From: an uncultured Synergistaceae bacterium
GTDB taxonomy: Bacteria > Synergistota > Synergistia > Synergistales > 79-D21
NCBI GenBank assembly: GCA_964425765.1
Contig: CAYRNZ010000009.1
Coordinates: forward strand, 4,675-68,674
Direction: 5' to 3'
Length of the DNA: 64,000 nt
A program made the translations under genes and the position numbers. Of the stretch, positions 45,813-55,449 are shown piece by piece. Position 1 is the stretch's first letter; the number at the start of each line of letters is the position of its first letter. Below the pieces are notes generated by a model, which did not search any database, had not been told where the DNA came from, and saw only the letters and a list, made by a program, of their open reading frames with translations.

Positions 45813-46626
45813 GCCCCTCCTCCCTCCACATCGACTTGATCTCCTCCCTCAACTGGTCCCACAATCCTTTGGGACCTTCTTTGGCCATAAAGTAATGGTA
45901 GACAAGCCGCCGCACCTGGTCTTCCTTCAACCCTCTCGAAAGGTGCCCGTTGGTGGCGAGCGCAACCTCTCCCCGTTCCTCCGAAACGACGAGGGCGATC
46001 GCATCGGACACTTCCGTTACACCTAGCGCCGCCCGGTGGCGTGTTCCATACCACCGGGAGAGGTCCGTATTGGAGGTGAGCGGTAAGTAGCAGGCTGCCG
46101 CTACGATCAGGCTCCTGTCTATTATCGCCGCCCCATCGTGAAGCGGGTTGTTCGGCCAGAAGATGGATACGATCAACTCCTGGGTAATTTCCGCGTTTAA
46201 CCTGACGGCTGAACGCCAGACGTCCGCCAGCCCCGTCTCTCTCTGGAAGACCAGGATTGCGCCCAGTCGCTGTCCCTGAAGGTAGGTAATTGCCCTGGTT
46301 ACATCGTCGGCCATCTGCTCGGCGTGCTCGATGGCCTGCCTTCTCTTCCAGATTCGCCCTCTTCCAAGTTCTTCGAGCATCCGTCTGAGTTCGGGCTGGA
46401 AAACGATCGGGATGGCAATGAAAATCGCCCCTAGAGCCCTTTCCAGGAGCCAGGAAAGAGCCTTCAGGTCAAAGTATTTCGATGCGGCGGCAGTGGCGCC
46501 GATGACAATGATGCCCTTGACGAGCTGCATGGCCCGTGTATCGACCATGAGCAGCAAAACCCGGTAAAGAAGAAAGGCCACGATGAAAATATCAAGGAGG
46601 TCTTGCCATCGGAAATTTTCAAGCAT
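45799..46626 (-). CDS. cdaA: diadenylate cyclase CdaA
   Basis: Three N-terminal TM helices plus a DAC domain with motifs DGAIII-type (HDGAAIID) and GTRHRAALG. Confidence 0.92.
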   Translation of the reverse strand: MLENFRWQDLLDIFIVAFLLYRVLLLMVDTRAMQLVKGIIVIGATAAASKYFDLKALSWLLERALGAIFIAIPIVFQPELRRMLEELGRGRIWKRRQAIEHAEQMADDVTRAITYLQGQRLGAILVFQRETGLADVWRSAVRLNAEITQELIVSIFWPNNPLHDGAAIIDRSLIVAAACYLPLTSNTDLSRWYGTRHRAALGVTEVSDAIALVVSEERGEVALATNGHLSRGLKEDQVRRLVYHYFMAKEGPKGLWDQLREEIKSMWREEGHDGI

Positions 46627-46728
46627 TCCTGTCCTCCGGGAACACGGCCAATTTAGGGAAAAGGTGTCTCGACGGGCGCAGGGGGATCGACAAATCCTAG
46701 TTTATCCCATATCGGAACAAAAAAAGGG

Positions 46729-47571
46729 TTAATGCCCCCTCAATTTCCTGAGCAGTGTCATGTTGCCGTCGTCGCCCAGGCCCTCTTTCGGTGTTTCGAG
46801 AATGAGGGGTACGCCCTCCCATCCGTCGTCGCTAAGCAGCATTGAAAAAAACCTGAGGCCAAGTTCTCCTTCGCCAATGTGCTGGTGGCGGTCTCGGTGA
46901 CTACCTTTGCCGGCCTTGGAATCGTTAATGTGCCAGCAGCCGATCCGCTCCAGCCCGAAATTGTTCTCCAGGTTCCTCACGAAACGGCCGTACGCTGCCT
47001 TCTCCCTGAATTCGTAGCCGGCCGCAAAAAGGTGGCACGTGTCCAGGCAAAGGCCAAGCCTCCCATCCCAGTGGAATTCCTTGAACAGTTCCCGGAAGAG
47101 GTCCAGGTCGGCCCCGAGCGCAGTCCCCTGCCCAGCCATGGTTTCAAGAAGGATTCGCACGCGGCTTTCTTCGGTGACCGCCAGGACGTTGCGCAACGCC
47201 TCCTTGAGTTTGCACAGCCCTTTCTCGATGCCTTGTCCCATATGTGCCCCAGGATGAAGAACCAGATCGTCGATTCCCAACTGGTCGCATCTCCCTATCT
47301 CATCGATAAGGGCCTGGACGCTTCTTTCCCAGTGCAAGCCACCTCCGGCAAGATTGATCAGGTACGATGCGTGGGCAACAACCCGCTGGATTCCGCTATC
47401 CCGAAGAGCTTTCAGGAAACAGATCCCCTGGGAAGGAGAAACCGGGGGGGCTTTCCACTGCAATTGGTTCTTGGTGAAAATCTGCATCGCTTCACACCCT
47501 TGCGCTTCCCCCCGCTCCACCGCTTTCAGTAAGCCGCCGGAAATGGAAACGTGCAATCCTATCAGGCCCAT
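46729..47571 (-). CDS. nfo: deoxyribonuclease IV (endonuclease IV) Nfo
   Basis: MGLIGLHVSISGGL..., AHASYLINLA, ETMAGQG and HINDSK motifs. Start taken at ATG 47571, a 10-nt overlap with the Nudix gene stop. Confidence 0.9.
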   Translation of the reverse strand: MGLIGLHVSISGGLLKAVERGEAQGCEAMQIFTKNQLQWKAPPVSPSQGICFLKALRDSGIQRVVAHASYLINLAGGGLHWERSVQALIDEIGRCDQLGIDDLVLHPGAHMGQGIEKGLCKLKEALRNVLAVTEESRVRILLETMAGQGTALGADLDLFRELFKEFHWDGRLGLCLDTCHLFAAGYEFREKAAYGRFVRNLENNFGLERIGCWHINDSKAGKGSHRDRHQHIGEGELGLRFFSMLLSDDGWEGVPLILETPKEGLGDDGNMTLLRKLRGH

Positions 47572-48173
47572 GAACTTTCCCCAAAAGCCGGCTTTAGGAT
47601 CCTCCCCAGCTGCCAGAGAATCCTGGCAGTCGCACCCCAAACCCTGTAACCGGCCTTCACTTCAAAGACCGGGAAAAGGACCTCGATCCTTCCATGATTC
47701 CCCCACTCGAGCCTGGTGGGCTTCGCAAACTCGGCCACACTGGGCGTCAGGACTTGTTCGACTTCGTTGCGATCGACACACGGAAAAGGGTTTTCCCCCG
47801 GATCCAGAGTGGCGAGGACGGGGTGGATCTCGAAATCACTGGAATAGGCATACTCTTTTTCCAGCAAGCGGCAGGGCCTGACTTTGCAGGGATCGAGTCC
47901 AAGTTCCTCCGCCGCCTCCCTCAAGGCGGTCTCTACGGGTCCCCTGTCGCCCGGCTCCCGTTTTCCCCCTGGGAAAGCGATTTCCCCTCCATGCCGCTTC
48001 ATATGTAACGGCCTGCGGATCAGCAAAACTCTCGTCTCGTCGACATCTTCGAAAAGGACGGCGAGGACCGCGCTCTGGCGCGCGCCCCTGTCGGGCATCT
48101 CCTCCCAGGCCGGAGTGCTCCCGGACGAACCCGGACACCCGATCCTTTCACGAAGCATGAATCCTCCTTGCAT
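47562..48173 (-). CDS. Nudix hydrolase (CoA pyrophosphatase-like)
   Basis: Nudix box GGKREPGDRGPVETALREAAEELGL. Confidence 0.8.
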   Translation of the reverse strand: MQGGFMLRERIGCPGSSGSTPAWEEMPDRGARQSAVLAVLFEDVDETRVLLIRRPLHMKRHGGEIAFPGGKREPGDRGPVETALREAAEELGLDPCKVRPCRLLEKEYAYSSDFEIHPVLATLDPGENPFPCVDRNEVEQVLTPSVAEFAKPTRLEWGNHGRIEVLFPVFEVKAGYRVWGATARILWQLGRILKPAFGESSWA

Positions 48174-48178
48174 GAACT

Positions 48179-49936
48179 CTACTTGACCCTGACCTTCCCC
48201 TGGTAAACGAGCCCCCGGGATCCGTCAACGGTGACAAGCATTCCATCCTCCAACAGGCTCAAGGCATCCTTCGCAGACACGACACAGGGAATCCCCATCT
48301 CCAGGGCAAGGATCGCCGCATGGCTGGTCAGTCCGCCCTCCTCGCAGATGATCGCCGAGGCCTGACGTATCGCGTCGACATAATCGCGATCCGTCTGCCG
48401 GGCGACAAGCACCGCTCCCTTCTGCATCTTCCTGGCGGCCTCCGCGGGCGTGGCGCCTTTGACGACCGGGCCGAAAGCCTCCTTGCGCACCAGCGATATC
48501 CCCTTGACGACGATGCGGCCCACCGTATGGACCTTGACCATGTCGGTCGTGCCGGCTATCCCGGTGGGGATCCCAGAAGTGACGACCACGATGTCTCCTT
48601 CGGAAACCAAGCCTTCGGCAAGCGTTGCCATGAGCCCGGATTCGACCATTTCCCTCTCGTCCTCGTGGGTCTTTCCCGTAAGGATAGGGAAGACGCCCCA
48701 GATGAGCGCAAGTTCCCTCCATGTCTTCGGGTCGGCCGTCACCCCGGTTATAGGGCATGAGGGCCTGTACTTGCTGACCATCCTAGCCGTGCTCCCGCTT
48801 TTCGTCAGTGACAGGATGACCTTGGCCTGCATCTGGTCGGCGATCGTCACGGCCGCGTGGCTGACGGCGTCCGGGACGGTCTGGGAGGCGACGGGAGGTA
48901 GCGAGGAAGGCCTTTGCCAGACACGGATCTCCTTTTCCGTCCTAAAGATGATCCGTGCCATGGTCTCGACCGCCTGCACCGGGTAGACTCCCTTGGCGGT
49001 CTCACCGGAGAGCATCACCGCATCGGCACCGTCCAGCACCGCGTTGGCGACGTCATTGACCTCCGCCCTGGTGGGACGAGGGTTCCTGATCATCGAATCC
49101 AGCATCTGGGTCGCCACGATGACCGGCTTGCCCTGTGAGCGCCCCAGATCGACCATCCTCTTCTGGATGAGAGGAACCTCCTCCGCAGGCAGTTCCACAC
49201 CAAGATCGCCTCTTGCGACCATCAACCCGTCCACGACCTCCACGATCTCCTGCAGGGACGCCGCGGCTTCGCTCGTTTCAATTTTTGCGATGATTTTCAT
49301 CGAACCGCCAAGTTCCTCCATCACGCGGCGCACTTCCATGATGTCGTCCCTGGAACGGACGAAGGAGACGGCTATGTAGTCTACCCCGTTGTCCAGTCCC
49401 CATCTGATGTCTCTTCTGTCCTTGTCCGTGAGTGTCGGGATCTTGAGGTTCGCCCCGGGGACGCTGACTCCCTTGTGTTCCCCAAGTTCTCCGCCCACGA
49501 GGACATCCATCAGCAGACTGTTTCCCCGCGCTTCCAGGACCCTCAGCTGAAGGGTTCCGTCATCGATGAAGACGTCCTGCCCCGTCTTCAGTTCAGAGCA
49601 GATTTCAGGGTAGCTGATGGTGACCTTCGTGGCGTCGCCTTCTATTTCTTCGGGTATGAAGGAAAAAGTCCCCCCCTGTACGAGATGGACCGGATGGCCG
49701 TCTTTCAAGCTGCCCGTACGGATTTCGGGCCCTTTCGTGTCTAGCATCGTGGCCAGGGGGATCCTCAGGTTCCGCTCGACAGTCCTGATGTTCTCAAGAT
49801 TCCTGCCATGGCTCTCGTAAGATCCATGGCTAAAGTTCAAGCGGGCGACATTCATCCCGGCCCTGACCATGGCACCCAGCGTCTCTACCGACTCACAGGC
49901 GGGGCCTAGAGTACAGACGATCTTAACCTTTCTCAT
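48179..49936 (-). CDS. pyk: pyruvate kinase with C-terminal PEP-utilising-enzyme mobile domain
   Basis: MRKVKIVCTLGPACES..., the MVARGDLGVE motif, and a C-terminal swivelling domain (GGLTSHAAILALEMGIPCVV) as in Bacillus/Geobacillus PK. The second of two ATGs (49936) has better spacing to the GGGAGGG SD. Confidence 0.95.
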   Translation of the reverse strand: MRKVKIVCTLGPACESVETLGAMVRAGMNVARLNFSHGSYESHGRNLENIRTVERNLRIPLATMLDTKGPEIRTGSLKDGHPVHLVQGGTFSFIPEEIEGDATKVTISYPEICSELKTGQDVFIDDGTLQLRVLEARGNSLLMDVLVGGELGEHKGVSVPGANLKIPTLTDKDRRDIRWGLDNGVDYIAVSFVRSRDDIMEVRRVMEELGGSMKIIAKIETSEAAASLQEIVEVVDGLMVARGDLGVELPAEEVPLIQKRMVDLGRSQGKPVIVATQMLDSMIRNPRPTRAEVNDVANAVLDGADAVMLSGETAKGVYPVQAVETMARIIFRTEKEIRVWQRPSSLPPVASQTVPDAVSHAAVTIADQMQAKVILSLTKSGSTARMVSKYRPSCPITGVTADPKTWRELALIWGVFPILTGKTHEDEREMVESGLMATLAEGLVSEGDIVVVTSGIPTGIAGTTDMVKVHTVGRIVVKGISLVRKEAFGPVVKGATPAEAARKMQKGAVLVARQTDRDYVDAIRQASAIICEEGGLTSHAAILALEMGIPCVVSAKDALSLLEDGMLVTVDGSRGLVYQGKVRVK

Positions 49937-50189
49937 CATGTGCCCTCCCGCACGGTATCTTTCCGTGCTTCGTGTAGACTTCCGCCGTGCCTCTTATCTT
50001 GATGGCCGACGTGTGTTCCGTGAACTGCGAAATCCACAACTCGCCCGCATCGAGCTTCTCCGTATGGCTGAACTTCGTCTCCTGCCCGCGGGTAAGGCCG
50101 ATGACGGTCACTCCGTTTTCGAGTGCCCTGATCACTATGTAGTCGCTCAGGACGGATTTGGCCTCTCCAGAATCCTCTCGCACGCTCAT
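49923..50189 (-). CDS. mtrB: trp RNA-binding attenuation protein (TRAP, MtrB) homolog
   Basis: [64 protein letters not shown] aligns gap-free with B. subtilis MtrB as I recall it; about two thirds of positions are identical by eye. ATG 50189 abuts the SD, so GTG 50183 may be the true start. Confidence 0.85.
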   Translation of the reverse strand: [88 protein letters not shown]

Positions 50190-50207
50190 CCCTCCCTGTT
50201 CCTGGGA

Positions 50208-53200
50208 TCAAATGATCACTTCGATGCAACCCCCGGACAACTCGGCCAGGCGCTCTGACAGGGATGGTTCCGGTTTCACCTTGATTTCCCTGAGACGGAC
50301 GAGCGCGGTGGAGCCTCCGTCCAAATACTCCACAAGTACGGGACATGTCCCCGGATGCCCCTTCAATTCCCTGCAAACGGCCTTCAGGCAGATCTCTTTA
50401 ACCTTGGCACGCACACGGATCTTTACGAAAGGATCCTGGCTGGATTCAACCTCCGACAGGGGCAGGATCTCCTCCGCCACGATGGTTATTCCGCCCCGGT
50501 CCTGGACCTTCCCTCGGGCAAGAAAGACCTTTCCAGGATCCAGCGTGGCCTTGACCGCCGGCCAGGCTTTCGGGAAGCAGACGATTTCTATCCTGGATTC
50601 GGTGTCTTCGAATTCGAGGATACCCATGAGATCCCCTTTTTTTGTCGACTTTTCGCGAAAACCCACGAGGAGTCCCCCCACGGTGGCAGTGGATTCGGCA
50701 GCCTTCCAGAAGGCGAGATCGGAGATCCTGCAGGTCGTGAAACGCGACAGCCTCTGTTCCTCGCGTTCAAGAGGGTGGCCGGAGATAAACAGGCCCAGCA
50801 CTTGTTTTTCCAGGTCCAGTTTTTCGACGAGGGAATAATCCTCGCACTCGCCAAGTACCGGTTCCTCCTGGGGCAATTCCTCCACCAGGGCCAAAAGGGA
50901 TCTTTGCGCCCCGTCGTTCTGCTTTTTCTGGACTCTCTCGACCAGCATCGGAAGGTTTTCCAGAAGTTGACGGCGGTTTGGATGAAGGCTGTTGAAAGAC
51001 CCCGACTTGATAAGGTTTTCGATAACCCCGCGGTTCACGGCCCGCAAGTCGACCTTGTTCAGGAAATCCCATAGGGACTTGAAGGCCCCCTTGCTCTCCC
51101 GAGCCTTGATCATGGACTCTACGGCGGATTCTCCCGCCTTGGCAACCGCCTTCAGCCCAAACCTGATAACATTCCCCACTGCGGAGAAACTTGCCCCCGA
51201 TTCGTTCACGTCCGGAGGCAGAACTTGTGTTCCCGAATTCTTGACCTCGCGGACGTATCGAGCCAGGACATCCATCCGGGATCCTATCTGGCTGGACAGA
51301 AACGCCGCGAAGAACTCGGCCTTGTAGTGTGCCTTCAGATAGGCGGTCTGGTAGCTGATGAGGGCGTAGGCCGCGCTGTGAGACTTGTTGAAACCGTAAC
51401 CGGCAAACTTCTGTATTAGGTCAAAAAGCGGTTCGGCTGTCGAGCTTTCGACTCCTTTGCGGAGGCAGCCGTCCACGAATTTTTTTCTCTGTTGTTCCAT
51501 GACTTCCAACTTCTTCTTTCCCATCGCCCGCCGGAGAAGATCCGCTTCTCCCAGGGAGAACCCGCCCAACGTGGCGGCTATCTGCATGACCTGTTCCTGG
51601 TAGAGAATGACACCGTAGGTTTCCCGCAGGACGGGTTCAAGCAGGGGATGGGGATAAACAACCTGGGAACGCCCATGTTTGCAGTTGATGAACTGGTCCA
51701 CCATGCCGCTCTCGAGGGGACCCGGGCGGTATAGGGCCAGGATCGCGACGAGGTCCTCGAAAGAATCCGGGACGATCCTTTTCAGGAGTTGCCTCATGCC
51801 TGTGGATTCAAGCTGGAAAACCCCAAGAGTATCGGCAGCCTGCAGCAGGGAATAGGCCGCAGGGTCGTCGAGGGGCAGTGCGTTGACGTCGGGAACTTCT
51901 TTACCGTTCACCCGGATGTTCTCAAGGGTGTCTTCGATCATGGACAGAGTCCTCAGGCCCAGGAAGTCCATCTTTACTAGCCCAAGTTTTTCGATGGCCT
52001 CCATCCCGAACTGTGTGACGACTTGTCCGTCTCCGATCTTTCTTACCGGCACGAGTTCCGTGACCTGCACGGGCGAGATAACCACTCCGGCTGCATGCTG
52101 CGAACAGTGCCGGGCCAGGCCTTCGATGCTCCCGGCTACTTCGAGGAGGTTATTGATGGCCGGTTCCTTCCTTTGGAAAGCGGCAAGGTCTGGGGAAGCC
52201 TCGATTGCCTCCGCTATGCTCGAAGCGCCGTCAGGGATGCTCTTGGCCACCCTGTTCACGTCGGCCAGCGGAATCCCCAAGGCCCTCCCGACATCCCGGA
52301 CGGCACCTTTGCTTTTCATCCGATCGAAAGTGATGATCTGTGCAACATGATCCCGGCCGTATTTTTCGACGACGTACTCGAGGACCTCATCCCGGCGCTT
52401 GTCGGAAATGTCCGTATCGATATCGGGCATGCTGATCCGTTCCGGGTTGAGGAACCTTTCGAAAAGCAGGTGATAACGGATGGGATCCAATTCCGTGATT
52501 CGAAGAGCCCAAGCGGCAAGTGAACCTGCCGCAGACCCTCGCCCCGGTCCTACCGGAATCCCCCGCGACTTCGCCGCCCTGATGAAATCCGAGACCACCA
52601 GGAAATACCCGGAAAAACCCATGCTCCGGATAACTCCAAGTTCGTAGGCCATCCTATCCCTGTATTCACTGGGCGGCGACTCCCCCATTCTCTCCCTGAG
52701 GCCTTCCCACGCCAGCTTTTCCAGGTAACTTTCCAGGTTGTCCCCTTCCGGGACTTCGTATCGGGGAAGACGGTAGACGTTGAAGTCCAGCCTGACATCG
52801 CACATCTGGGCAACTTCCAGCGTATTCGTCAATGATTCCGGGAGTTCCTTCCCGAAGAGTTCCCACATCTCCTCTGGGGAGCGCAGGAAAAAATCAGGCG
52901 CACCGAACCGGTAACGGTTTGGCGCGTCAACGGTTGCGTTCGTCTGGACGCAGAGGAGGACGTCATGCCACGATGCGTCGCCTGCGTTCAGGTAATGTGC
53001 GTCATTTGTGGCCACGAGAGGGATTCCCGTACTTCGGGAGATCCTCACGATCGCCTTGTTGACCAATGCCTGTTCGGGCAATGCATTGTGCATGATTTCG
53101 AGGTAGAAGTTGCCCTTGCCCAGGATATCCTGGTAAAGAAGGGCTTTCTCTGCAGCCCCCTTCTCGTTCCCTTCCAGGATCAGCGAGGGAATTTCCCCCG

Positions 53201-53615
53201 CAAGGCAGGCCGAGGAACCCAAGAGCCCTTTGGAATGGCGCGCGAGCAAGTCGTGGTCGATTCGGGGTTTGTAGTAGAAACCATCCGTGTTCGCGATGGA
53301 AACGAGCCTGACCAGGTTGTGGTATCCCTCCAGGTCCTTCGCGATCAGGACCAGGTGGTTGTTCCCCCCCTTGCGGTCCCGGCAGGTGTGCCCCAAAGGA
53401 TCGATATAGGCCTCGCAGCCTAACAGGGGTTTAATGCCTGAGGAGAGACATTTCTCATAAAATTCCACGATCCCGTACATCGCCCCATGGTCCGTCAGTG
53501 CAACGGCGGGGCATCCCCATCCGGCCGTTTTCGCGGCGAGATCCGAGCAGCGTATCGCGCCGTCCAGCAAGCTGTATTCGCTGTGGACATGAAGGTGGAC
53601 AAAGGACTCCGTCAA
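50208..53615 (-). CDS. dnaE: DNA polymerase III subunit alpha DnaE
   Basis: 1135 aa with an N-terminal PHP domain (FVHLHVHSEYSLLDG), the polymerase core (PDIDTD) and an OB fold. Confidence 0.97.
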   Translation of the reverse strand: MTESFVHLHVHSEYSLLDGAIRCSDLAAKTAGWGCPAVALTDHGAMYGIVEFYEKCLSSGIKPLLGCEAYIDPLGHTCRDRKGGNNHLVLIAKDLEGYHNLVRLVSIANTDGFYYKPRIDHDLLARHSKGLLGSSACLAGEIPSLILEGNEKGAAEKALLYQDILGKGNFYLEIMHNALPEQALVNKAIVRISRSTGIPLVATNDAHYLNAGDASWHDVLLCVQTNATVDAPNRYRFGAPDFFLRSPEEMWELFGKELPESLTNTLEVAQMCDVRLDFNVYRLPRYEVPEGDNLESYLEKLAWEGLRERMGESPPSEYRDRMAYELGVIRSMGFSGYFLVVSDFIRAAKSRGIPVGPGRGSAAGSLAAWALRITELDPIRYHLLFERFLNPERISMPDIDTDISDKRRDEVLEYVVEKYGRDHVAQIITFDRMKSKGAVRDVGRALGIPLADVNRVAKSIPDGASSIAEAIEASPDLAAFQRKEPAINNLLEVAGSIEGLARHCSQHAAGVVISPVQVTELVPVRKIGDGQVVTQFGMEAIEKLGLVKMDFLGLRTLSMIEDTLENIRVNGKEVPDVNALPLDDPAAYSLLQAADTLGVFQLESTGMRQLLKRIVPDSFEDLVAILALYRPGPLESGMVDQFINCKHGRSQVVYPHPLLEPVLRETYGVILYQEQVMQIAATLGGFSLGEADLLRRAMGKKKLEVMEQQRKKFVDGCLRKGVESSTAEPLFDLIQKFAGYGFNKSHSAAYALISYQTAYLKAHYKAEFFAAFLSSQIGSRMDVLARYVREVKNSGTQVLPPDVNESGASFSAVGNVIRFGLKAVAKAGESAVESMIKARESKGAFKSLWDFLNKVDLRAVNRGVIENLIKSGSFNSLHPNRRQLLENLPMLVERVQKKQNDGAQRSLLALVEELPQEEPVLGECEDYSLVEKLDLEKQVLGLFISGHPLEREEQRLSRFTTCRISDLAFWKAAESTATVGGLLVGFREKSTKKGDLMGILEFEDTESRIEIVCFPKAWPAVKATLDPGKVFLARGKVQDRGGITIVAEEILPLSEVESSQDPFVKIRVRAKVKEICLKAVCRELKGHPGTCPVLVEYLDGGSTALVRLREIKVKPEPSLSERLAELSGGCIEVII

Positions 53616-55432
53616 TCCGCCACACCTCCATCCTCAAAATCCCCGGCGGGATTTACATCCCCTTCCTCGCGAACGAGAAGGACTTCCCCGCCGAACCACC
53701 CCATCATTTCCTCCAGGGGCGACCGGGTAGCCCCTCCCCCAGCGGGGGCGCCCTCGTCACCGGAGACTTGGTCCTGTTTTCCGTTTCCGCCTTTTTCCAA
53801 GGCCGACTTCCGCTTTTCCCAGGGCGGCACGTTCGGCATCCCTGGAATCGGAATGGCGTCGGGGATCGCCGCCCCTTCAGCGCTGACACATTCGGCACCG
53901 CAACAGAAAGTGACAGGAAGCGGGCCCAGGTCCCTTTCTTTCAGGGATGTAAATCTTCTCAAGTTCTTCTCCAGTCGCACCAGTTCAAATCCAAGCCGGT
54001 CCCTTTCCTCGAAACGTACGGTAATCCCGTTGCCCGCTGAAAGAACACTGGCGCTCGACAGGGCCGCGGCCGCCAGTCGGTCTTCAGGATCACCGCTGTC
54101 AAGAAGACGGGCCCAAAAAGACCGCACCCTGTCAGGTTCTATGCTTTCTGCCGCATGGGTTTCCGGCTTTCGCTGCTCCGGCTTATGCCCCGTAAAAATT
54201 CCCGCCGCGGCTTGGCCGCCGGCGGAAGGAACGGTTAACTGGACCTGGGCCTCAAGGGTGGGAGAAAACTGCTTTAAAGACGGCATTCTGCCGGGATCCT
54301 TCCCATGCAGAGGGTTGGCGGGCGAGAGACCCTGAAGCAGTAAACCGGCAAGGACATCCGTCCTGATACCGTAGCGCAGCCTCCCGAGCATTTTCGCCTG
54401 GTTTTCAAGGCAAAAACGAAGGCTTTCGACAGGCCAGTACTTCGACTCTTCGAGGAGGAAATCTTTCTCCTCTTTGGAGAGCTCAAGCGATTCAAGCGTC
54501 TTTTCACCCCAGGTCCCTATTATCCATAGGTCTCGGAAAATGACAAAAAGGCTTTCCAGGAGCCTCTCCATGGAGGCTCCTTTATGAAGGGAATCCATCA
54601 GTTTTCCGATCGCACCTTCCGGGTTGGACCGATAGGTGGACACGAACGCCTCCATTTCCGCGCGACTGCCCCCTCCGACCAGAGCCTGGACAGTTTCCGT
54701 CGTAACAGAGCCGCCTCCTATGGGAACCGCCTGTTCGAGCAGGGAAAGGGCGTCCCTCATCGCCCCATCGGCCTGCCTCGCCAATTCCCAGAGAGCGTTG
54801 TCCTCGGACGGGATATTCTCTCTAGAGCAGACCTCGGCAAGCCGATGCGCGATTTCCCGGCCGGGAATCCTCCGGAAAGGGATGTGTTGGCATCGGGAAC
54901 GGATTGTTACCGGGACCTTTTGCGGTTCCGTAGTCGCAAGGATGAAAACCGCGTGGGAAGGAGGTTCTTCTAGCGTTTTCAGCAAGGCGTTGAACGCCGG
55001 CTCTGTTAGCATGTGCACTTCATCCACGATGTAAACTTTTTTTCTCGAAGAGAAAGGGGCCAGTGAAACATGGGCCTTGAGTTCCCTTATTTCATCGATG
55101 CCCCGGTTCGAAGCGCCGTCGATCTCCACGACATCGAGGCTCGCCGACGTAGTGATGGCAACGCAGCTGGGGCATTCCCCGCAGGGTTCGGCCCCGGGTC
55201 GTATGTCCGTGCAATTGAGAGCCTTGGCGAGGATCCTCGCCAGGGAGGTCTTTCCGCAACCCCTGGGTCCCGAAAAAAGGTAGGCGTGGACAGTCTTGCC
55301 TCCCTCGAGAGCGTGCCGCAGGACCGAGATCGCTGCGTCCTGGCCTATGACCTCCCCAAACTGTAACGGCCTGTAACGCCTGTATAGGGAGACGTACTTG
55401 TCCTGAGGAGAAAAAACCCCGTTCCCCGTCAT
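53612..55432 (-). CDS. dnaX: DNA polymerase III subunits gamma/tau DnaX
   Basis: RYRPLQFGEVIGQ, Walker A GPRGCGKTS, zinc module CGECPSC, DEVHML, and SRC motif in TIRSRCQ. Its stop forms an ATGA overlap with the dnaE start. Confidence 0.93.
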   Translation of the reverse strand: MTGNGVFSPQDKYVSLYRRYRPLQFGEVIGQDAAISVLRHALEGGKTVHAYLFSGPRGCGKTSLARILAKALNCTDIRPGAEPCGECPSCVAITTSASLDVVEIDGASNRGIDEIRELKAHVSLAPFSSRKKVYIVDEVHMLTEPAFNALLKTLEEPPSHAVFILATTEPQKVPVTIRSRCQHIPFRRIPGREIAHRLAEVCSRENIPSEDNALWELARQADGAMRDALSLLEQAVPIGGGSVTTETVQALVGGGSRAEMEAFVSTYRSNPEGAIGKLMDSLHKGASMERLLESLFVIFRDLWIIGTWGEKTLESLELSKEEKDFLLEESKYWPVESLRFCLENQAKMLGRLRYGIRTDVLAGLLLQGLSPANPLHGKDPGRMPSLKQFSPTLEAQVQLTVPSAGGQAAAGIFTGHKPEQRKPETHAAESIEPDRVRSFWARLLDSGDPEDRLAAAALSSASVLSAGNGITVRFEERDRLGFELVRLEKNLRRFTSLKERDLGPLPVTFCCGAECVSAEGAAIPDAIPIPGMPNVPPWEKRKSALEKGGNGKQDQVSGDEGAPAGGGATRSPLEEMMGWFGGEVLLVREEGDVNPAGDFEDGGVAD

Positions 55433-55449
55433 CGAGGTTGGCTCCTTTC

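Noticed and set aside
46700-46740. T-run after nfo (AGGG-GGCATTAA-CCCT-TTTTTTG) as an intrinsic terminator
   Set aside because: The stem is only ~4 bp and partly inside the nfo coding end, so it is too weak to call. Promoter candidates for cdaA in 46627-46728 were also unconvincing.
55031-55046. A-run (AGAAAAAAAG on the coding strand) in dnaX as a possible gamma/tau frameshift or slippage site
   Set aside because: It lies at about codon 130, just upstream of the Walker B DEVH, far upstream of where gamma is truncated (after domain III). It simply encodes RKK.
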